Source: a virus (Duplodnaviria > Heunggongvirae > Uroviricota > Caudoviricetes). Taken from it: 64,000 nt of DNA. The stretch lies in IMG/VR virus record IMGVR_UViG_3300028833_000001, positions 297,446-361,445 of that record; one strand, written 5' to 3'. Shown here piece by piece: positions 44,893 to 50,521 of this stretch (positions within the stretch are counted from its first letter, which is position 1; each line of letters starts with the position of its first letter). The position numbers were made by a program, and so were the translations under genes. The notes under the pieces were generated by a model. It had not been told where the DNA came from. It saw only the letters and a program-made list of their open reading frames with translations, and searched no databases.

Positions 44893-45030
44893 AAGCGCAA
44901 ACTGAAGGGGAATTGGTAAACCCTCGCCCCTAGATAACATCAGAGCAGGGAGGTTTGGTGAGGCAACCGTAAAAGTAATCCAGCATGTGTAGCAAGATGG
45001 AAGTTCTGGTTCGAGTCCAGATGAGCGCTT
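44893..45030 (+). ncRNA. tRNA-shell RNA (D and T arms, ~80-nt non-tRNA middle)
   Basis: AAGCGC/GCGCTT, GGG-GAATTGGTAAA-CCC, TCTGG-TTCGAGT-CCAGA. Confidence 0.55.
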
Positions 45031-45040
45031 ATTTTATGAT

Positions 45041-45114
45041 GGGCCCATAGTGATAGTTGGTTAGCACGGGAGCTTTGCAAGCTCTTAGCCTGGGTTCGAG
45101 TCCCAGTGGGTCCA
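45041..45114 (+). tRNA. tRNA-Ala(TGC)
   Basis: G3-U70 pair, cloverleaf. Confidence 0.93.
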
Positions 45115-45120
45115 CAAATT

Positions 45121-45293
45121 AAAAACAAACAAGGAGAGTGGGCTCGGTGATAAAAAACCTTGTATGAAATGGGTTACAGGGGAAAACCGAAAAATAATGT
45201 CCTGCAAAGGATATTCACACGTAGGCTGGTTAATTATCGTGGCCAGGGCCTTTGCTATCAGGTGACTACGCAAATCCTGATGTGTTTGTTTTT
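45121..45293 (+). ncRNA. Unidentified multi-junction structured RNA
   Basis: 11-bp closing stem plus at least 7 nested helices. Confidence 0.6.
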
Positions 45294-45331
45294 TTTGGTT
45301 CTATGGCTGAACTAGTAGACGCGACAGAGTC

Positions 45332-45387
45332 ATCAAGGCAAAAGAACGGTTCGACTCCTTAGTGTAACGGTAGCACATTGTCTTGAT
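45332..45387 (+). ncRNA. Permuted tRNA-elbow mimic (T loop before D arm)
   Basis: ATCAAGGCAA/TTGTCTTGAT encloses GG-TTCGACT-CC and then GTG-TAACGGTAG-CAC. Confidence 0.45.
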
Positions 45388-45395
45388 TTTCTCAC

Positions 45396-45483
45396 GGAGG
45401 GTTACCCAAGCTGGTGAAGGGGACGGTTTGCTAAACCGTTAGGTCACGAAAGTGGCGCGAGAGTTCGAGCCTCTCACCCTCCG
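45396..45483 (+). tRNA. tRNA-Ser(GCT)
   Basis: Long variable arm, G73. Confidence 0.95.
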
Positions 45484-45502
45484 CAAACAAATTTGGCTTT
45501 AT

Positions 45503-45607
45503 AATACACATAAAGGACACACTCGCCAATACCAATTGGCAAGCGAGAGAAGTTAGCGCAGGACGGAATTGAGGCCGTAAGTGTGATAGTGAAATGTAAA
45601 GTGTATT
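45503..45607 (+). ncRNA. Unidentified structured RNA
   Basis: AATACAC/GTGTATT closing stem; CACAC(T)/(A)GTGTG; CTCGC/GCGAG; ACGG/CCGT. Confidence 0.4.
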
Positions 45608-45615
45608 TTTTGATA

Positions 45616-45689
45616 AATGCTGTGATGGTGTAATAGGAAGCATCACCAGAATATCTGGAGGTACAGGTTCAAGTCCGAAACACAGCATT
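45616..45689 (+). ncRNA. tRNA-like RNA lacking an anticodon loop
   Basis: 9-bp AATGCTGTG/CACAGCATT, D arm, CCAGA-ATA-TCTGG, T loop. Confidence 0.55.
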
Positions 45690-45702
45690 GTTTTTAATAT
45701 AT

Positions 45703-45817
45703 GTGTTGATGGCGCAATGGTAGACGCACACATGCACGTGGTTCGCGGTTCGAGTCCGCAAGTAGTTGGGCACAACGAAAAAATGGTAGAATGATGGTTC
45801 GAATCCATCTCAACACA
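45703..45817 (+). ncRNA. tRNA-shell RNA with a second internal T-loop hairpin
   Basis: GTGTTGA/TCAACAC, D arm, internal GCGG-TTCGAGT-CCGC, terminal GATGG-TTCGAAT-CCATC. Confidence 0.6.
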
Positions 45818-45824
45818 CAATAAA

Positions 45825-46003
45825 TCCCCTATTAGTTCAATTGGCAGAACGTAGTTATATCAATTCTTTGACGAAAGAATAAATTGTATAACTAAGGTTG
45901 TAATTATTTTGTGAAGTAGTGACTTGTTGACAATGGGTGCGCAACAGAATCAAAGATTAGAGCTGTGAATCATTTTAACGGGGTTCGAATCCAACATAGG
46001 GGA
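45825..46003 (+). ncRNA. tRNA-shell RNA with extended anticodon arm and ~80-nt insert before the T loop
   Basis: TCCCCTAT/ATAGGGGA, GTTC-AATTGGCA-GAAC, TAGTTATA/TATAACTA, GG-TTCGAAT-CC. Confidence 0.55.
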
Positions 46004-46016
46004 CAGGTATAAGTAT

Positions 46017-46086
46017 CGGGATGTAGTTTAATGTTAAAATAATTGTGCTTAGGACAGTGATATAGGTGCGAATCCTATCATCTCGG
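46017..46086 (+). pseudogene. Degenerate duplicate of the adjacent interrupted tRNA-Pro
   Basis: Shares its 5' end, T arm and trailer CAAATATTTCATAT with 46120-46252. Lacks G18G19, U33 and the TTC T-loop. Confidence 0.65.
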
Positions 46087-46119
46087 CAAATATTTCATAT
46101 AGTATAAACATAATAGCAT

Positions 46120-46252
46120 CGGGATGTAGTTTAATTTGGTAAAATGCGTTAATTTTTTCGTGTTTTGTTCTTTAAAAACACAGACAGCAACTTTTCTTTA
46201 AAATTATTGTTTTGGGGAAACCGTGTTATAGGTTCGAATCCTATCATCCCGA
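46120..46252 (+). tRNA. tRNA-Pro(GGG) interrupted at 28/29 by a 60-nt insertion (46149-46208)
   Basis: Removing the insert gives CGGTT-TTGGGGA-AACCG. C1-G72 and A73 give Pro identity. Confidence 0.75.
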
Positions 46253-46266
46253 CAAATATTTCATAT

Positions 46267-46340
46267 GGGCCATCAGTCCAGTTGGAGTGGATGCCACCCT
46301 GTCACGGTGGAGAACGCGGGTTCGAGTCCCGCATGGCCCG
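46267..46340 (+). tRNA. tRNA-Asp(GTC)
   Basis: Cloverleaf, G73. Confidence 0.93.
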
Positions 46341-46350
46341 CTTTATAAGC

Positions 46351-46464
46351 AACATTCCCAGTGAAAAAGGGTTAGTAGTAGCGTTGTACAGCCAGTAACC
46401 CTGAGATAGTATCAAAATCAACGGTTAGACGTAGATGAACTGTAAGTACAACTTTGGGAATGTT
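46351..46464 (+). ncRNA. Unidentified pseudoknotted RNA
   Basis: AACATTCCCA/TGGGAATGTT; AGGGTTA/TAACCCT; loop GTTGTAC pairs with downstream GTACAAC. Confidence 0.6.
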
Positions 46465-46478
46465 TGTAATAATAAAAT

Positions 46479-46552
46479 AGCGGATTAGCTCAGTTGGTTA
46501 GAGCAGTACTCTTATAAAGTAAAGGTCCCCAGTTCAAGCCTGGGATTCGCTA
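46479..46552 (+). tRNA. tRNA-Ile(TAT)
   Basis: (G)TACT-CTTATAA-AGTA(A); otherwise canonical. Confidence 0.85.
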
Positions 46553-46562
46553 CAATCAATAG

Positions 46563-46743
46563 TGCGGGATGGAGCAGAGGTCAGCTCGTCAGGCTCAATA
46601 CAGAGTGGTTTTCTGAAAAAAACTGTTGATGCCAATTGTTCAAGAGAAGAGCCGATACACAATCAAATTGTGTGTCGAGGCTGGTTCGAGTCCAGCTGGC
46701 GTCGCTAACCTGAAGGTCGGGGGTTCGAATCCCTCTCCCGCTA
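46563..46743 (+). tRNA. Initiator tRNA-fMet(CAT) interrupted inside the anticodon by a 108-nt insertion (46598-46705)
   Basis: 1:72 mismatch and A11-U24. Removing the insert gives TCAGG-CTCATAA-CCTGA. Confidence 0.88.
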
Positions 46744-46938
46744 CAAATCCAGGTGCATAACGATTTGAAACCGTAGTGGGTGTTAAAACCACAGCCTGGA
46801 ATAATAAGATTGCAGCAATACTAGTCAGGCTGGTCTTTCCGTGAAAGTCGGACGTATTACCATGCAACGATAGCGTTGATACCTGTATAATGGCAGGTGT
46901 AGCAAATGGCCCGTCAGGTCGCTACTGACGGTTTTTAT

Positions 46939-47015
46939 GGGGCTGTAGCTCAGTTGGAAGAGCGCTGGACTGAAAATCCAGGACGTTAGCGGTGGTTCGA
47001 TTCCACCCAGCCCCG
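46939..47015 (+). tRNA. tRNA-Phe(GAA), 9-nt variable region, G73
   Basis: CTGGA-CTGAAAA-TCCAG. Confidence 0.85.
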
Positions 47016-47123
47016 CGTGAAAGGATGTAGTGTTCTTTGCCGTGTTTCAACAAAGTGCATCAACCAGCCTTTTGGATGTGGCGCCCAAGTCCATGAAAGG
47101 AGGACAAAATGAAAGCGGAGTAT

Positions 47124-47198
47124 GGGCTCGTAGCTCAGTCTGGTAGAGCATCTGATTTGCAATCAGAGGGTCATTGGTTCAAATCCCATCGTGGTCCA
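47124..47198 (+). tRNA. Second tRNA-Ala(TGC), imperfect acceptor and T stems (possibly decaying)
   Basis: TCTGA-TTTGCAA-TCAGA; extra base in the 3' acceptor strand. Confidence 0.7.
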
Positions 47199-47253
47199 CA
47201 AGCGATATCCGAATCAGTGAAATTATCGTTCAATGAGTTGAAAGAAGATATCA

Positions 47254-47326
47254 AGTGTTTAGTATATCGGAAGTACGTTACCAAGAACGAGTTGGTAAAA
47301 GTGTGAGTTCGAATCCCACAACACTA
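47254..47326 (+). ncRNA. Atypical tRNA-like RNA (7-bp anticodon stem, purine-rich loop)
   Basis: AGTGTT/AACACT, GTAT/GTAC, TTACCAA-GAACGAG-TTGGTAA, TTCGAAT loop. Confidence 0.55.
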
Positions 47327-47333
47327 TAATAAT

Positions 47334-47404
47334 AGGTTCCTAGTTCAATGGTAGAATAATGGTCTCCAAAACCATAGATTGAGGTTCGAGTCCTTGGGTT
47401 CCTG
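47334..47404 (+). tRNA. tRNA-Trp(CCA)
   Basis: ATGGT-CTCCAAA-ACCAT; two T:T mismatches in the acceptor stem. Confidence 0.85.
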
Positions 47405-47413
47405 CAATAAAAT

Positions 47414-47496
47414 AGCCAAGTGGCGGAATGGTAGACGCGAAGGTCTCAAAAACCTTTGGGGTAACCCCCGTGCGGGTTCAAGTCCCGCCTTGGCTA
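47414..47496 (+). tRNA. tRNA-Leu(CAA)
   Basis: Cloverleaf with variable arm. Confidence 0.93.
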
Positions 47497-47511
47497 CTGA
47501 TAGAAAAATAA

Positions 47512-47581
47512 AGGATACATACAGCAAACCTTTTTTTTAAGCATCAAACTTTTAATTTGAAAACGCTAAGAAAGTATCCTG
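47512..47581 (+). ncRNA. Free-standing ACAGCAA module presenting a Lys(TTT)-like anticodon stem-loop
   Basis: AGGATAC/GTATCCT, ACAGCAA at 47521, TCAAA-CTTTTAA-TTTGA. Confidence 0.65.
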
Positions 47582-47587
47582 TTTTAA

Positions 47588-47660
47588 CGCCCTATCGACA
47601 AGTGGTTTAAGTCATCACCCTTTCACGGTGGAGTCACGGGTTCGAATCCCGTTGGGGCGA
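47588..47660 (+). tRNA. tRNA-Glu(TTC)
   Basis: TCACC-CTTTCAC-GGTGG. Confidence 0.93.
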
Positions 47661-47679
47661 CAATAAAAAAAAATCAAAA

Positions 47680-48222
47680 ATGGAACAAGACGAATTGAAT
47701 CACAACAGGCGTGTTTTCGCAAATATTAACAAATTAGATATTGAAGATGTCCATCCAATCCCAAAGGTCGAATTAGTTGTTGGGAAAACATATAAAGGCA
47801 ATTGTAGGAATTCAGATAATGCGGTTTGGGATGGAAAAGTATTTTGGTACGACAGGCACAAGTTTGGTAGTACATTTAGGGAAAGTATAAATCACTACGA
47901 AGATGATGATGGTTACGATGTTTTTGTCCCATTTGAAACAGATGAATCGTTTATTGTTCTTCCAGAAGATTCGGTTAAGAAACTTTCTGATAGAGATTAT
48001 TGGGGTACTATTGAGAAAATATTTATGGAAATTACCAATTTGATGACGGAAAAAGCATTTATTAATGAAGCTAAACATATGTACCCAAATATGTCAGATG
48101 AAGACATTAGAAAACAATTGAAAAACATGCTTTACGATAATTATGGAAATATTGTAAGAGGTGCTGATATGTTTGATTTTAGTGGTAAGTTAAAAGGTGA
48201 ACCAGGAACTCCTGGAAAATAA
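47680..48222 (+). CDS. Hypothetical protein within the tRNA array
   Basis: 180 aa, codon style matches the other genes. Confidence 0.7.
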   Translation: MEQDELNHNRRVFANINKLDIEDVHPIPKVELVVGKTYKGNCRNSDNAVWDGKVFWYDRHKFGSTFRESINHYEDDDGYDVFVPFETDESFIVLPEDSVKKLSDRDYWGTIEKIFMEITNLMTEKAFINEAKHMYPNMSDEDIRKQLKNMLYDNYGNIVRGADMFDFSGKLKGEPGTPGK

Positions 48223-48237
48223 TAAAACAAAAAAAAC

Positions 48238-48310
48238 GCCGATGTAGCTCAATTGGCAGAGCGTTACACTTGTAATGTAAATATTGTAGGTTCGATTCCT
48301 ATCATCGGCT
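48238..48310 (+). tRNA. tRNA-Thr(TGT)
   Basis: TTACA-CTTGTAA-TGTAA. Confidence 0.93.
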
Positions 48311-48378
48311 CTTAAAATAAAATTTATCCCGAAACGTGTTTTTAGCTTTTTATGACTATTTATAAAAAAAATAGTAAT

Positions 48379-49083
48379 ATGAATAATTTTGAAAATTGCA
48401 AATCGTTAAATGACATTGCTAGGCAAGAATTTGGAAAAGCAAACTATACTAATCGTGAGAAAGCTAAAAAACTATTATTTGAACACGGAATAGATTGGTT
48501 AGATTGGCTAGAATCTATTAAAATTTCTAATAAAAAGTTTTGTCTTGTTTGTGGTAAAGAATTAAGAAATGGTCAAACAAAATTTTGCAGCCATTCATGT
48601 TCTGCTGGATATAACAATAAGTTTCGAAAAACATATAAAGATAATGAAAGCCGAGAACATCATGAAAAAATTACCAAAAGTGACAAATTCTGTTTGTATT
48701 GTGGCGCAAAATTAACAAATCAACAAAAATTATTTTGTAATAATAAATGTCAACAAGATTTCAAGTATAAAGAATATATAGACCGATGGATAAATGGTGA
48801 TGAAAATGGTTTAAAGGGCCAGTATTCTTTATCAAGGCACATCAGGCGATTTTTATTGGAAAAAACAAATTGTAAATGTGAAAAATGTGGCTGGGGAGAA
48901 AAAAATCCATATACAAACACAATCCCATTAGAAATACATCATATTGATGGTGATTATACAAATAACAAGGAAGAGAATCTTCAGGTTTTGTGTCCAAATT
49001 GTCATTCTTTAACAGAAACACACAAATCACATAATAAGAACGGAAGACAAGGTAGAAGAAAATATTATAAAAAAACAGAATAA
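48379..49083 (+). CDS. HNH endonuclease with two CxxC..FCxxxC Zn modules
   Basis: CEKCG..LEIHHIDGDYTNNKEENLQVLCPNCH. Start placed at MNNFE after ACTATTTAT (48355-48363). Confidence 0.9.
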   Translation: MNNFENCKSLNDIARQEFGKANYTNREKAKKLLFEHGIDWLDWLESIKISNKKFCLVCGKELRNGQTKFCSHSCSAGYNNKFRKTYKDNESREHHEKITKSDKFCLYCGAKLTNQQKLFCNNKCQQDFKYKEYIDRWINGDENGLKGQYSLSRHIRRFLLEKTNCKCEKCGWGEKNPYTNTIPLEIHHIDGDYTNNKEENLQVLCPNCHSLTETHKSHNKNGRQGRRKYYKKTE

Positions 49084-49217
49084 GCTAAAGCTCTTTACCG
49101 ATACGTAGCGGTAAATGGTGCGTACCCAGGGTCAGACGCACGGTTGTATTCTGTACCTATATATGGATGATGTACAGCTTTTATGTGTAGGTTAAACAAA
49201 TATGGCCCGACCAATAA

Positions 49218-49350
49218 TATCTTAATGCTGAGCGTGAATGAAGAAAACGGAAACCAAAGGCAACATAGCTGTAGCAGAATTTGATTGCAATGGATAACAG
49301 TGAAACACGCAAGATTCAGTAGATAATGCTTTGACGGTTGCATTAAGGTA
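49218..49350 (+). ncRNA. Unidentified helix-closed RNA
   Basis: TATCTTAATGC/GCATTAAGGTA; inner CTGAG/TTCAG and GCGTG/CACGC. Confidence 0.5.
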
Positions 49351-49354
49351 GCAA

Positions 49355-49423
49355 GTGGAGTAGCTTTATAAGGATGAGCCTTGGATTTTACCAAGAGGTG
49401 GTAGTTCGAATCTGCCCTCCACA
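49355..49423 (+). ncRNA. tRNA-like RNA with a 6-nt anticodon loop
   Basis: GTGGAG/CTCCAC, GCTT/GAGC, CTTGG-ATTTTA-CCAAG, GGTAG-TTCGAAT-CTGCC. Confidence 0.6.
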
Positions 49424-49642
49424 ACAAAAGCAAACGAAACCAGTTGACCAGATGGGATAAAACGCATAGTCATCCGTGATGCCACTGCGGATTAATAAAT
49501 AGATGGCTAAGACGGAGGTAACGTTACCGTTTAAACAACTATATTTTTAATGCTGACAGAGCGGGCGTGGAAAGTTCTTGAAATGTTAATATAAAACTGC
49601 CAGAATCGCAAAATTGTACGGGTTTGCACGTGCAAAACTTTT

Positions 49643-49714
49643 GGGGAGGTAGCTCAACGGTAGAGCAACTGGCTGTTAACCAGTAGGTTGTGGGTTCGAA
49701 ACCCACCCTCCCCG
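49643..49714 (+). tRNA. tRNA-Asn(GTT)
   Basis: ACTGG-CTGTTAA-CCAGT, G73. Confidence 0.92.
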
Positions 49715-49719
49715 CGAAT

Positions 49720-50132
49720 ATACCAATTAACAGTAGGCTTGAAAGCAGCCATCTGATAATGAGTTGCGAGAGGAAGTTTGCGTGGAAGTCATGACTCCGC
49801 AAAATAACAAGGCGCATGTGAGTAACTTGGCAATAAGCATGTGAGAAACACCTCAGGAATAGCGAACGTGGAAATCCCCGATGCAAAGAAAGGAACACAG
49901 TTGAAATACTGTGCGAGGTTCCAGTAGCGTGACGGTGCATCGAAGCTATGTAGCTAAGTTTTATGTAAGCCCCAACAGTACGAGAGGAACCTGGGGTCAA
50001 TGGGTGCCATGAATTTGGTTTCTATGCCGTAAGTGAGTCGGTAAAGAACGCGAGAAGTATCAAGTGAAGACTCGCGCCCAAAAGCATAAAACAGTCCTTA
50101 GAGCATTTGGCGTGGCAGCACATAATTGGTAT
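49720..50132 (+). ncRNA. Large ornate RNA with a 23S H43/H44 mimic (GOLLD-like candidate)
   Basis: ATACCAATTA/TAATTGGTAT ends; AGTAGGCTTGAAAGCAGCCATC; GGCGTGGCAGCAC; many internal helices. Confidence 0.7.
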
Positions 50133-50135
50133 TAT

Positions 50136-50207
50136 GCGGGTATAGCACAACGGTTAGTGTGCCAGCTTGCCATGCTGGAAATGTCAGTTCGATTCTGATT
50201 ACCCGCT
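50136..50207 (+). tRNA. tRNA-Gly(GCC)
   Basis: CCAGC-TTGCCAT-GCTGG, U73. Confidence 0.93.
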
Positions 50208-50212
50208 CATAT

Positions 50213-50286
50213 GGCGGCATAGCGGAGTTGGTTTCATGCGCCGCTCTCATAAGGCGGAGACGGTGGTTCGAATCCACCTGCCGCCA
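50213..50286 (+). tRNA. tRNA-Met(CAT), elongator type
   Basis: G1-C72 paired; CCGCT-CTCATAA-GGCGG. Ile2 is not strictly excluded. Confidence 0.85.
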
Positions 50287-50287
50287 C

Positions 50288-50512
50288 AAGTCAAGAACAG
50301 ACCACCGAGTAGTGTTCGGGGTAAATTGAATGGGGATGTATACTTAACCAGTCAATGTAGTCTTGGGTGGTGTGACCCTCAGCCCGATGAAAAGTGTCAG
50401 TTATCGTGAGGTACTGTAGCGCAACGCAACAGGAGGTAAAACCCTATGTGGTAACGCAATCCTCGTCTAGCCGAGGTTTCTCCAGTCCGTAGCTCGTAAA
50501 TTTTCTTGACTT
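50288..50512 (+). ncRNA. Unidentified ~225-nt structured RNA
   Basis: AAGTCAAGAA/TTCTTGACTT perfect closing stem; CGAGT/GCTCG, TGGGGA/TCTCCA, CCTCG/CGAGG. Confidence 0.6.
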
Positions 50513-50521
50513 ATTTTTTTT

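Noticed and set aside
46017-46086. Possible ochre suppressor tRNA (TTA at loop centre)
   Set aside because: No U33, D-loop GG lost, T loop TGCGAAT, and explained as a deletion derivative of the neighbouring Pro gene. TAA is the main stop codon here.
49732-49754. 23S rRNA gene fragment or contamination
   Set aside because: Only the H43/H44-like segments match, and they are split by ~340 nt of non-rRNA inside their own closing helix
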